DNA from: Somniosus microcephalus
Lineage: Eukaryota
Reading direction: 5' to 3'
Assembly (NCBI GenBank): GCA_052327205.1
Contig: CM126207.1
Coordinates: 218,178,001-218,242,000 of the forward strand
Length of the DNA: 64,000 bases
The translations under genes were made by a program, and so were the position numbers. The notes beneath the pieces are model-generated. The model made no database searches. It was not told where the DNA came from and saw nothing but the letters and a program-made list of their open reading frames with translations. Within the stretch, counting starts at the first letter, position 1; each line of letters starts with the position of its first letter. This document shows positions 50,577 through 62,795 of the stretch, piece by piece.

Positions 50577-53500
50577 CAACAACAACTTGTATTTATATAG
50601 CGCCTTTAATGTAGTAAAACATTCCAAGGTGCTTCACAGGAATATTATAAGACAAAAAAAAAATTGATACCGAGACACAAGGAGAAATTAGTGCAGGTGA
50701 CCAAAAACTTGGTCAAAGAGTTAGGTTTTAAGGGGCATCTTAAAGAAGGAAAAAGAGAGGTAGAGAGGCGGGGAAGTTTAGGCAGGGAATTCCAGAGCTT
50801 AGGGCCTAGGCGAACGGAAGGCACGGCCACCAATGGTTGAGCGATTATAATCAGGGATGCTCAAGCGGGCAGAATTAGAGGAGCGTAGATATTACGGGGG
50901 ATTGCGGGGCTGGAGGAGATTACAGAGATAAGGAGGTGAGGCCATGGAGGGATCTGAAAACATGGATGAGAATTTTGAAATTGAGGCATTGCTTAAACAG
51001 GAGCCAATGTACGTCAGCGAGCACAGGGGTGATGGGTGAACGGGACTTGGTGCGAGTTAGGACACAGGCAGCCGAGTTTTGGATGACCTCAAGTTTATGT
51101 AGGGTAGAATAGAAACATAAAAACATAGAAGATAGGAGCAGGAGTAGGCCATTTGGCCCCTCGAGCCTGTTCCACCATTTAATGAGATCATGGCTGATCA
51201 TCCAAATTCAATACCTTGTCCCTGCTTTCTCCCCATATCCCTTGATCCCTTTAGCCTTAAGAAATATATGTAACTTCTTCTTGAATATATTTAATAAATT
51301 GGCCTCAACTGCCTTTTGTGGTAGAGAATTCCACAGGTTCACCACTCTCTGGGTGAAGAAATTCCTCCTCATCTCAGTCCTAAATGGCTTACCCCTTATC
51401 CTTAGACTGTGACCCCTGGTTCTGGACTCCCCCGCCATCGGGAACATCCTTCCTGCATCTAGTCTGTTTAGTCCTGTTAGAATTTTATAAGTTTCAATGA
51501 GATCCCCTCTCATTCTTCTAAACTCTAGCGAATATAAGCCTAATCAACTCAATCTCTCTTCATACGTGATTTCCTGCCATCCCAAGTATCAGTCTGGTGA
51601 ATCTTCGCTGCACTCCCTCCATGGCAAGAACATCCTTCCTCAGATAAGGCGACCAAAACTGCACACAATACTCAAGGAGTGGTCTCACCAAGGCCCTGTA
51701 CAACTGCAGCAAGACATCCTTGCTCCTGTACTTGAATCCTCTCGCTATGAAGGCCAACATACCATTTGCATTCTTAACCGCCTGCTGCACTTGCATGCTT
51801 ACCTTCAGCGACTGGTGCACAAGGACACCCAGGTCTCGTTGCACTTCCCTTTTTCCCAATCTATTGCCGTTCAGATAATAATCTGTCTTCCTGTTTTTGC
51901 CACCAAAGTGGATAACCTCGCATTTATCCACATTATACTGCATCTGCCCAATCACCCAACCTGTCCAAATCATACTGGAGTTTCTCAGCATCCTCCTCAC
52001 AGCACACACGCCCACCCAGCTTTGTGTCGTCTGCAAACTTGGAGATATTACATCTAGTTCCCTCGTCTAGATCATTAATATATATTGTGAATAGCTGGGG
52101 TGCTAGCACCGATCCCTGCAGTACCCCAGTAGTCACTGCCTGCCACTCAGAAAAAGACCTGTTTATTCCAACTCTTTGCTTCCTGTCTGCCAACCAGTTC
52201 TCTATCCAAGTCAGTATCTTACCCCCAATCCCATGTGCTTTAACTTTGCACGCCAATCTCTTATGCGGGACCTTACCGAAAGCCTTCTGAAAGTCCAACT
52301 ACATCACATCCACTGGTTCTCCTTTATCTATTCTACCAGTTACATCCTCAAAAAATTCCAGATTAGTCAAGCATGATTTACCTTTTGTAAATCCATGCTG
52401 ACTTTGTCCGATCCTGTCACGGTTTTCCAAGTGCTCTGCTATTTCATCTTTTATAATGGACTCTAGCATTTTCCCCACTACCGATGTCAGGCTTACTGGT
52501 CTATAATTCCCCGTTTTCTCTCTACCACCTTTTTTAAATAGTGGGGTTACATTAGCTACCCTCCAATCCAGGGGAACTATTCCAAAGTCTATAGAATTTT
52601 GGAAGATGGCCATCTACTATTTCTAGGGCCACTTCCTTAAGTACCCTTGGATGTAGATTATCAGGCCCTGGGGATTTATCGGCCTTCAATCCCGTCAATT
52701 TCCCTAACACCATTTCCCTACAAATACTGATTTCATTCAATTCCTCCCTCTCATTAGACCTTATGTTCCCCGAAATCTCTGGGAAGTTATTTGTGTCCTC
52801 CTTTGTGAAGACAGAACCAAAGTATGTATTTAATTGGTCAGCCATTTCTTTGTTCCCCATTATAAATTCCCCTGATTCTGACTGCAAGGAACCTACGCTT
52901 GACTTCACCAATCTTTTTCTCTTCACATATCTATAGAATGTGGGAGGCCAGCCAGGAGTGCGCTAGAATAATCAAGTCTAGAGGTAACAAAGGCATGGAT
53001 GAGGGTTTCAGCAGCAGATGATGAGCTGAGGCAAGGGCAGAGACGGGCGAGATTACGGAGGTGGAAATAGACGGTCTTAGTTATGCCGGGGCTATGTGGT
53101 CAGAAGCTCATTTCAGGGTTAAATATAATACCAAGGTTGCAAACAGTGTGGTTCAGCCTCAGACAGATGTTAGGGAGAGCGATGGATTCAGTGGCTAGGG
53201 AACAGAGTTTGCGGCAGGGACCAAGAACAATGGCTTCAGTCATCCCAATATTTAATTGGAGAAAATTTCTGCTCATCCAGAACTGGATGTCAGACATGCA
53301 GTCTGAAATTTAGAGACCGTGGAGAGGTTGAGAGAAGTGGTAGTGAGATAGAGCTGGGTGTCATCAGCATACATGTGAAAACTGAAGCTGTGTCTTCAGA
53401 TGATGTCGCCAAGGAGCAGCATGTAGATGAGAAATAGGAGAGAGCCAAGGATAGATCCTTGGGGGACACCAGAGCTAACGATGTGGGAGTAGGAAGAGAA

Positions 53501-55800
53501 GCCATTGCAGATGATTCTCTGGCTACGATTAGATAGGTAAGAATGGAACCAGGCGGGTGTAGTCCCACCCAGCTGAACGACAGTGGAGAGGCGTTGGAGA
53601 AGGATGGAGTGGTCAACCGTGTCAAAGGCTGCAGACATGTCAAGACGGACGAGGAGGGATAGTTTACCTTTGTCACAATCACAGAGGATGTCATTTGTGA
53701 CTTTGATGAGAGCCGTTTCAGTACCGTGGCAGGGGCGGAAACCTGAATGGAAGGATTCAAACATGAAGTTGCAGGAAAGGTGAGCACGGATTTGGGAGGC
53801 AACAGCATGTTCAAGGACTTTGGAGAGGAAAGGGAGGTTGGAGATGGGGCGGTAGTTTGCAAGGATGGAGGGGTCAAGGATTGGTTTTTTGAGGAGAGGT
53901 GTGATAACAGCAGATTTGAGGGAGAGGGGGACAGTACCTGAGGAGAGGGAACCGTTAACAATGTCAGCTAACATGGGAGCCAGAAAAAGAAGTTGGGTGG
54001 TCAGCAGTTTGGTGGGACTAGGGTTGAGGGACCAGCCAGTAGGTCTCATGGACAAGATTAGCGCGGAGTGGTCATGAGGGGAGATCGGAGAGAAACTGGA
54101 GAAAGATGTGAGTTCAGGGCTAGGGCAGGAGGGACCCTTAGAGGAAGTTTGACCCGGTGGGCTAGGGGAAGGAAGGGAAGTGGCAGAGGCAGCTGAACGG
54201 ATGGTCTCAATCTTAGAGACAAAGAAGTCCATGAGCTCCTCACACTTGTTGTCGGAGGTGAGGGGGTTGGAGACACGGGAGAGGGGTTTAAGAAGACAGT
54301 TAGCAGTGGAGAATAGAATATCTTTGCATTCCAGAATGATTCTGGAATAGTGAGCAATTTTGGCAGACGAGGGCAGGACCCGATAATGCAAGCCAGATCT
54401 GGCGGTGAATGGCTAAACTAGTTTTCTGCCATATCCGTTCAAGTCTGCAACCCTTGGACTTAAGGGGGCGAAGATTAGGGCCGTACAAGGGAGAACGGTC
54501 AGGGTGAGAGAAAGTTATTGTTTTAATAGGGACTAGGGCATCAAAGGTGGTGGTGAGGGTGTGGTTGAGCAGATCAGTAGCTGCAAAAATGTCGTGGTGA
54601 ATGGAGGGCCAAAGGCTGGAGAGTTGGGATTTCATAAGTGCAGTTATAAGAGAGTTGGGAGATAGTTTTTTCCAGGGGCAGAAGGCAGTAGGGTTTTGGG
54701 TGGCGAGCGATACGAGGAAGTGTTCAGAGATGGTCTTATCTGCGATTGATACGATGGGAGTTGCGAAACCACAAGAGATGGAAAGGTCGAGGGGGTGGCA
54801 GTGAATATGGGTTGGGGAGTTCACATGGAGGGAGAGATTAAGGGAGGATAGGAGGCTCGTGAACTCAGAGGAGAGAGGGCATGATGAATTGAGATGGAGG
54901 TTGAGATCACCAAGGATGAGAAGTCGTTCAGTGCAGAGGCTGAGGGAGGAAAGCACTGAAGATATCTCAGTAATAACATTTTTATGGTACTTGGGTGGGC
55001 GGTAGAGAACGAGAATTTAAATGAGAGGTGAGGGGGTGGAATAAGTCGAGATGCTCAAAGGAGGAGAAAGTGCCGGAGAAGTAGGGGGACAGACCAAGGT
55101 GTGATTCGGTGATGAGAGCCACACTGCCAGCAATCTGAGCAGGGCAAGTGATGGAAGGGATAGCCAGGTGAGGAGGCTTCATTTAAGGCTAAGGGGTCAT
55201 CACCCCTCAACCAAGTTTCCGTCAGGGCCATGACGTCGATGCAATCATCCATGATAAGCTCATGGATGGCAAGGGCCTTGTTCACAAGTGAACGGACATT
55301 CTGGAGGGAGAGTCGGTGATGGCTGACCCACTGCCAGTGGCCACAGGGTCAGCGCTGGGGGGGGGGGGGGGAAGGGGGAGGGGGTGAGCTGGACGGGGAG
55401 GAGATTGGCAAGATTAGCTCCCAGTGGGCGCGTTGGGTGGGAAAGTCGGCAAGAGAGTAGGATGGGACAGTTGGGGTTGCTGCTCGTAAGGAGGCAGCAA
55501 CGAGTGCCTCGATGGGCCCTTCGTAGGATGCCAAGAGAGGCACAGAGGGAAGATGTAGGCTTATCTAAGAGGGCGTCAAGCCTGCCTCGGACGGTGGCAA
55601 GAGAATAGGAAGGTCGAAGGGTAATGAAGGATTGGGGTAGGGATTTGAGAGGGCAGAGTATCCGAGAGAGGAGAAATGAAAGGAGGCATGATGACAGGAA
55701 GGGGCGGTCAGGGAGGGATAGACAGAAAAGGAAAAGTGGGAGAAAAAGTATAAAAGTATTGAATGGTTTGGGTCCAGAGCGGCAGCCAAAGTGCACACGC
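50577..55800 (-). mobile_element. Long L2 LINE (ORF2 APE plus RT, many frameshifts), split by a CR1
   Basis: ALTETWL, ILGDLNLH, NYRPISNLPFLSKVLE, LDMSAAFDTVDH, GVPQGSILG; tail caacaacaacttgtatttatatagcgcc. The 5' extent may reach about 56560. Confidence 0.9.
51111..52933 (-). mobile_element. 5'-truncated CR1 nested in the L2
   Basis: RT motifs in ORFs between 51208 and 52926; tail tagaaacataaaaacatagaa; TAGAAT on both flanks (51105-51110, 52934-52939). Confidence 0.93.
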
Positions 55801-56559
55801 GAATGAACACGGGGAAAAGCTCAGGTTACATAGGCCTGGTTAAATGTAGTAATTAATGCGATACGTATTTCCTGGTAGCAGGGAATAGATTGGAGACAAT
55901 AGAAGGGAGATCAGGTTCAAAGTCAGAGGTCCCATGGAAGGACAAAGCCGAAGTAAGCAGGATGTAGCCGGCACGGAGCATCAACGGACCGCTGTCCAAA
56001 GCAGGCGAGTAAAGTCCAGAAGCTATTTGAAGGGTAGAGAGTTCGAGGATGGAGATTGTTGCCGTAGGAATGAGAGTCGGTAGCGTTGCAGAAAGATGAT
56101 GGCGAAATTGGCGCAAGTTGGAGGTCACCGTAGATCAAAGTGGCGGGGAAAAAGTAAAATCACAAGGCAGCGACCAGCAAAGCTGAAAACCGGTAAAACA
56201 AGTGAAACAGCAGCTGCTAGCTAGAAGACAACAGAGCTGAAAAAACAGTAGAACCAGTTCAGCCACAGCCACAGTTTAAAAGTTAAAAAATCTTTTAGCA
56301 GCAGAGATAGACACAGCAGGTAAGTCTCACAGTGTAATCCAGTGCAGAAACGTAGTGGCGTAATCCAGTGTAGTTCAAAGCAGAAAGAAGTCTAGATGTC
56401 CAGAGAGGTCCTGGAGATCGGAAACCAATTTGAGAAAAGTATTCAGCAGCATAAGACTTGAACCGACTGAAAAGCAGAGCAGAGTCACAGCCGCTGAGTC
56501 AAGCAGTGTGGTCAGTAGAGCAGTGTATTCCTGTTGGTAGAGGAATCCAGTGATGGAAG

Positions 56560-58423
56560 TCAAGCTTCAGCAGGGTACGGCAGTTGAAAGAACTGTGAGA
56601 ACAACCACTCTAAGGTTAGTTGCTGATTAATTTCTGGCTCTGTGTAAGTTTGTGGAACTGCTTGGAGCTTTCCAGAGTTGTTTAAAGTTGATGCGATAAC
56701 AGGAAGTGGTGCTGCAAGTGGAGAAGGCCTGGGTTCTGGACCAGACCACTTGCTCCCAGTCATGGGTGCAGAAGTTGTCATTCCCCCTTGGCCTGCAGCA
56801 TGATAGGGAGATGGAACAGAGACAGCCAAGAGGAACGCTGCTCGCAGAAGGAGGAGGACGAGGGTAAGAAGAGTTCGCAAGAGGAGACCTTACCCACCTA
56901 GAGTCTTCTGAAGGAAATTCTCTGACCTCAGCCTGAGCCAGTAGCAGTGTGTGAGCTTTACAAAGAAGGTGCTCACAGAACTCTGCCACCTCTTGCAACC
57001 AGACCTGCAGCCTCACACCAGGGCAAGATTAGGCTGGGAAGGTCACCGTGGCCCTGAATTTCCTCAGGTCGCTATCCTTCCAGGCTGGAGCAGGCGACAT
57101 CTATAACATCTCACAGTTCGCCATCCACTGTTGCATAAGAGGTGACAGACGTCTTTATGCCAGGAGAGGGGATTTCATTGTCTTCTCTCTGACCAGAGAG
57201 AGTCGTCTTCATCATCATTCTCCTCTCCCTCTTTTTGCATCACTGGCTGGCCAGTTTGGATTTCTTGAGTCTGTGAAATGAGAAAGACTCAAGGGTAGGG
57301 TTGTGGTGAGGGGCGAGGGAAAGCAAGAGGTGCACGCTTACACCATCTGCAGCTTGTAAATCATAAGAGATTGTGGGATGAGGGGGAAGTGGGATGTGAG
57401 AAGGAGGATTACGTATGAGGATACCGGCATCAAGTATTCTTTCAGCCCCTCCACTGGCCCTGGGCTCAGCGATGCCCCTCCCAATAATGGCCAGCACCAT
57501 CTCCTCCATGGGGGTCAGGTTATGCAGGCACGCCTGTCCCCCACTGGGTAGGTCTTGCTGGTGCCGGTTGTGAGCCATCTTTTCCTGCAAGAGGAAGGGA
57601 AGTACATTAGTGAATGAGGTGCAATGCATTTGGGTGATATGCCTGTCATGGCTGAATAGCTGACAGTGTGTACAGCTGTGAGATGTGGGTGTGAGGCTTA
57701 CAGCAGTGGTAAGTGTGTGAGGGTGAGCCTAAGCTATGAGTGTGAGGTATGAGTCCTGTTTGGTAGAAATTGTTGGTAGATGAGTGATGGTGTGGTGCAT
57801 CGGGGCAGTGTGTGAGGCTAGTGGTGCAGATGGTGGGATATGGCATTTGAAGATGAATTCACTGACCTTGACCACACGCTTGAGGTCATTAAACCTCTTC
57901 CTGCACTGCGCCCAGGTCCTCAGGGCTAAACTGCTGGCATTCACCACGGCGGTTATCTGCTCCCGTTGGACTTTACACATTTGCTTGGAGGGCCTCCTGG
58001 TCCCCTGTGGAAACAGCACCTCTCTCCACGAGTTGACCTCTTGCACCAAGGCCTCCGGTGCTGCACTGGAGAACCTTGGCGCTGCTCTCTCCCATAATTG
58101 TTGTTTTTTCCTCCTTTCACTCTCTTTCCCAGCCAGTTCAATGAGCTGCTGCAAGCAGAATACTCCTCCCCTTTAAGAGGTGCAGACTGCTTTTAAGAAG
58201 TGCAGGCTAGCTTTAATTGGTGCTAGCCTCGCACAACCTTGGACATCTTGCTGAGTGTTCAGCCACTCATCAGCGCGTTCAGCACTAGGCTGAACGTCGC
58301 AATCATGCTAATCAGCAGGCAGCACAAAGTTTATGTGCTGCCTGCATTCCTTTTAACGGGCATGGGGTGATCGTGCATCACGATCCCCACGCCCATTTTT
58401 GGGGGCAAACAAATTTTTAGCCC
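56560..58423. mobile_element. Decayed PIF/Harbinger DNA transposon (transposase remnant plus convergent Myb/SANT-like gene)
   Basis: + strand 56850-57200 gives HARBI1-like fragments (YPPRVF, ELCHLLQPDLQ, VALNF..SFQAGAGDIYNISQFAIHCCI). - strand 57729-58154 gives a Myb/trihelix motif (RAAPRFS..EALVQEV..RTWAQCRKRFNDL). Right TIR AAATTTTTAGCCC at 58411-58423; left end not found. Confidence 0.8.
57420..58092 (-). pseudogene. Intron-containing Harbinger Myb/SANT (NAIF1/MSANTD-like) ORF remnant
   Basis: The Myb exon ends at AAG|GTCAGT near 57867; an acceptor CTTGCAG near 57585 precedes EKMAHNR...LTPMEEMVLAIIGR. Confidence 0.6.
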
Positions 58424-59064
58424 ACTATCTTTAGGAAAGGACAGTGCCTGGGGGTATGTCAATAGTTACACAACAGTCCCCACACAGAGCAGTTTGAATA
58501 CCCCTGGTGTAATTGACTTTGAAAAAAATTAATTTCCTGTGTCACAAAGCTACCTCATCTACATAATAAATGTGTCCTGCTCTTACTTTTATACATGCAA
58601 TGTAGTTCAATTTAGTATTGAACTGTTCAAATGATATGTACAAGATCAATTTAAAATGATAATTTTAACTGTACTTAAATAATCAATCTTTGTAATATTT
58701 GAGATTTAACAGCAAACAAAGTACACTTAGTCCTGCATTATACTTCGTACATATACAATGATCGAGAGAATATATTATGTGGGGTACAGAAACACTTTTT
58801 ACATTTTGGATCATAGTTAGTAAAGCTAACTTCATAAAAATAAAATTTGTAGTACTCAGTACACTTTAGAATAATAGAATAGAATTTACCTGCAAATTTC
58901 ATTTAGAATATTCTTTAAGATGCAAATCAAGTTATCATGTGTCACTGTACCTTTACCTATCCCTCCCTGTTAGGATACTCCATGATGGACAGGGTGTGTC
59001 CTATAGCAGCGCCATAGGAATGTGAGGCCATGACTTCAAACAGGTCCAAGAGCTGCCCATCACA

Positions 59065-60057
59065 GGGAATTGATCACTGTATTGGTAGGAGTGACCACCG
59101 CACAGGCCTTGTGGAGACGAAATCCCGTCTAAACACGGAGGATACCCTCCACCGTGTTGTGTGGCACTACCACCGCGCTAAATGGAATAGATTTAGAACA
59201 GATCTAGCAACTTAAAACTGGGCATCCATGAGGCGCTGTGGGCCATCAGCAGCAGCAGTACAGCAGTCTACTCTCAATCATCAGCAAAGTGATGGAAGGT
59301 GTTGTCGACAGTGCTATCAAGCAGCACTTACCAATAACCTGTTCACCAATGCTCAGTTTGGGTTCTGTCAGGACCAACTGGCTCCAGACCTCATTACAGC
59401 CTTGGGCCAAACATAGATAAAAGAGCTGAATTGCAGAGGTGAAGTGAGAGTGACTGCCCTTGAAATCAAGGCAGCATTTGATGGAGTGTAGCACCAAGGA
59501 GCCCTAGTAAAACTGAAGTCAATGGGGATCAGGGGGAAAACTCTCCACTGGCTGGAGTCATATCCAGCACAAAGGAAGATGGTTGTGGTTGTTGGAGCCC
59601 AATCATCTCCAGGACATCGCTGCAGGAGTTCCTCAGTGCAGTGTCCTAGGCAAAACCATCTCAGCTGCTTCATCAAATGACCTTCCCTCCATCATAAGGT
59701 CAGAAGTGGGGATGTTAGCTGATGATTGCAGTGTTCAGTTCCATTCGCGATTCGTCAGATAATGAAGCAGTCCATGCCCGCATGTAGCAAGACCTGAACA
59801 ACATCCAAGCTTGGGCTGATAAGTGGCAAGTAACATTCATGTCACACAAGTGCCAGGCAATGACCATCTACAACAAGAGAGAGACTAACCACCTCCCCAT
59901 GACATTCAATAGCATTAACATCATCAAATCCCCCACCATCAACATCCTGAGGGTCACCATTGACCAGAAATTATTCGCACCAGCCACATAAATACTGTGG
60001 CTACAAAAGCTGGTCAGAGGCTGGGTATTCTGCATCGAGTGGCCGACCTCCTGACTG
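59065..60057 (+). mobile_element. Deleted copy of the LINE family seen at 3545-5071
   Basis: SLLSIISKVMEGVVDSAIKQHL and clear nucleotide similarity to 4100-4900; large internal deletion near 59260. Confidence 0.85.
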
Positions 60058-61981
60058 ACAAGGAACAGGCTTTTTTAGATCTAGTATTGTGCAATAAGAA
60101 AGAGTTAATTAATAACCTTGTATTAAAGGGGCCTTTAGGGAAGAGTGACCATAATATCATAGAATTCTACATTGAGTTTGAAAGTGATTGAGTTAAATTC
60201 GAAACTACGGACTTAAATCTAAACAAAGCAAACTATGTAGGTATGAGTGGCGAGTTGGCAATGGTAGATTGGGAAAATACATTAAAAGGTATGACGGTAG
60301 ACAAGCATTTAATGAATTAATACATAATTTACAATAAATATACGAGAAATATACATTCCTTTAAGGCACAAAAACCCCACAGGAAAATTGGTCCAACCGT
60401 GCCTAACATGAGAAGTTAAAGATAGTATTACATCAAAGGAAGAGGCTTATAATGTTGCCAAAAAGAGCAGTAAGCCTGAGGATTGGGAGGATTTTAGAAT
60501 TCAGCAAAGGAGGATCAAGAAGTTGATAAAGAAAGGGAAAATAGATTGAGAGTAAACTAGCGAGAGACATGAAAACAGACTGTAAAACGGAAAAGATTTG
60601 CTTAAGTAAATGTGGGTCCCTTACAGGCTGAGACAGGAGAAATTATAATGGGGAATAAGGAAATGGCTGAGAAATTAAACAAATATTTTGTGTCTGTCTT
60701 CACGGAAGAAGACACAAAAAACTTCCCGGAAATAGTGGACAACCAAGGCTCTAGTGAGAATGAGGAACTAAAAGAAATTAGTATTAGTAAAAAAAAAATA
60801 GTACTGGAGAAATTAATGGGACTAAAAGCCGATAAATCCCCAGGACCTGATGGCCTACATCCTAGGGTTTTGAAAGAGGTATAGAGATAATGGATGCATT
60901 GGTTGCCATTTTCCAAAATTCCATAGATTCTAGAATGGTTCCCGCAGATTGGAAGGTGGCAAATGTAACCCCACTATTTAAGAAAGGAGGGAGAAAACGG
61001 GGAGCTACAGACCAGTAGTAGGGAAAATGCTAGAATCTATTATTAAGGGCATGGTAACAGGGCACTTAGAAAATAATAATAGGATTGGGCAGAGTCAACA
61101 TGGATTTATGAAAGGGAAATAGTTGACAAATCTGTTAGAGTTTTTTGAATTTGTAACTAGCAGAATAGATAAGAGGAAACCAGAGGATGTGGTGTATTTA
61201 GATTTTCAGAAGGCATTCAATAAGGTGCCACACAAGAGGTTATTAAACAAAATTAGGGTTCATGGGATTGGGGGTAATATACTAGCATGGATTGAGGATT
61301 GGTTAACGGAGAGAAAACAGAGAGTAGGAATAAATGGGTCATTTTCGGGATGGCAGGCTGTAACTAGTAGGGTACCGCAAGGATCAGTGCCTGGGCCTCA
61401 GCTATTCACAATCTACATCAATGATTTGGATGAAGGGACCAAATGTAATATATCTAAGTTTGCTGATGATACAAAGCTGGGTGGGAATGTAAGTTGTGAG
61501 GAGGATGCAAGGAGGCTTCAAGGGGATATAGACAATTTCTTCACACAGAGGGTGGTAATCTTTGGAATTCTCGAACACAGAGGGCTGTGGAGGCTTAGTC
61601 GCTAAGTATATTTAACGCAGAGATCGATAAGTGAGTGGGCAAGAACATGGAAAATGGAATATAATGTGGAGAAATGTGAAGTTATCCACTTTGGTATGAA
61701 AAATAGAAAAGCAGAGTATTTTTTAAATGGCGAGAGATTGGGAAATGTTGGTGCTCAGAGGGACTTGGGTGTCCTTGTACACAAATCACTGAAAGCAAAC
61801 ATGCAGATACAGCAAGCAATTAGGAAAGCAAATGGTATGTTGGCCTTTATTACAAGAGGGTTTGAGTATAAGAGTAAAGACATCTTACTGCAATTATATA
61901 GGGCCCTGGTGAGACCACACCTGGAGTATTGTGTACAGTTTTGTCTCCTTACTTAAGGAAGGATATACTTGCCATAGAGGG
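60058..61981 (+). mobile_element. Decayed CR1 ORF2, cut by the LTR element at 61982
   Basis: LDLVLCN, SDHN, KSPGPDGLHPRVLKE, DFQKAFNKV, KFADD, RPHLEYCVQF. Confidence 0.9.
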
Positions 61982-62216
61982 TGTGGTGTATGTAACCTGT
62001 TCCACCTTAAGAGAACTTAAGCCTGTTCCACCTTAAGAGATGTACTACTTTCTCTGGCTGCTGTATACGTAATACCGGTGGTGACCACCGGTATATAAGC
62101 ACTGTGTAGTAATATTGTATTTAGTATAGTCCTGACCTCCAACCAGTAAAGACCTGTTGAACTTTAATCTTGTAGTCTGTGTTAGTAATTACAACTAGAA
62201 CACACAGACTTAACAG

Positions 62217-62226
62217 TGGCGACGAG
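62217..62226 (+). promoter_or_regulatory. Primer-binding site, probably for tRNA-Ser(GCU)
   Basis: TGGCGACGAG, separated from the LTR by a single G, is complementary to a ...CUCGUCGCCA tRNA 3' end. Confidence 0.75.
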
Positions 62227-62795
62227 TCCGATTCTTACCCTGCGGCAGTTTATATCCACGGCGGCTTCGTCCACAGAACGGACGTCGAAGAGAGGCTTCC
62301 ACCCTCATCACCCTGCTGGAAGACACGTCGCGCGGCAGACATCGAGAAACCAGAGTGCAGAAGACATCCTAAACTCGAAGCCTCCATCAGCGGCTGTCAG
62401 CTATCTTCTTTCTACCTCGGTGGTGGGTAAGCCGGGCAGCGACGCGACCAGAAAGTCGGCCGCGTTGGCTGTACAGACGGGGAGGGAAGACTGAGGAATA
62501 AGGGCGGTGAGATCGATCGCGACCGGAGATAAGGGCCGGGCCGCATTCGGGCCGAAAGGCGCAGCGCGGGGACATCGATCGCGGCTGGTGATAAGGGCCG
62601 AGCCGCATTCAGGCTAAAAAGGCGCAGCGTCTGGGGCAACTGAAGGCGCGAGAGCCGCGGTGAAGCGGAGACAGCGTCGGGGGACGGGTGAAGACCGCCA
62701 AGCGCGGGAAAACCGCCATTTTGTAGGCGGAGGACAAAGACAAGAGCGGGAAGCCGCCATCTTGGATAAAAATTAAAATAAATTAAATTGCAACG

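Noticed and set aside
55853-56563. Minus-strand ORFs upstream of the L2 ORF2 as a possible ORF1
   Set aside because: Short, with no motif I can recognise; left unassigned.
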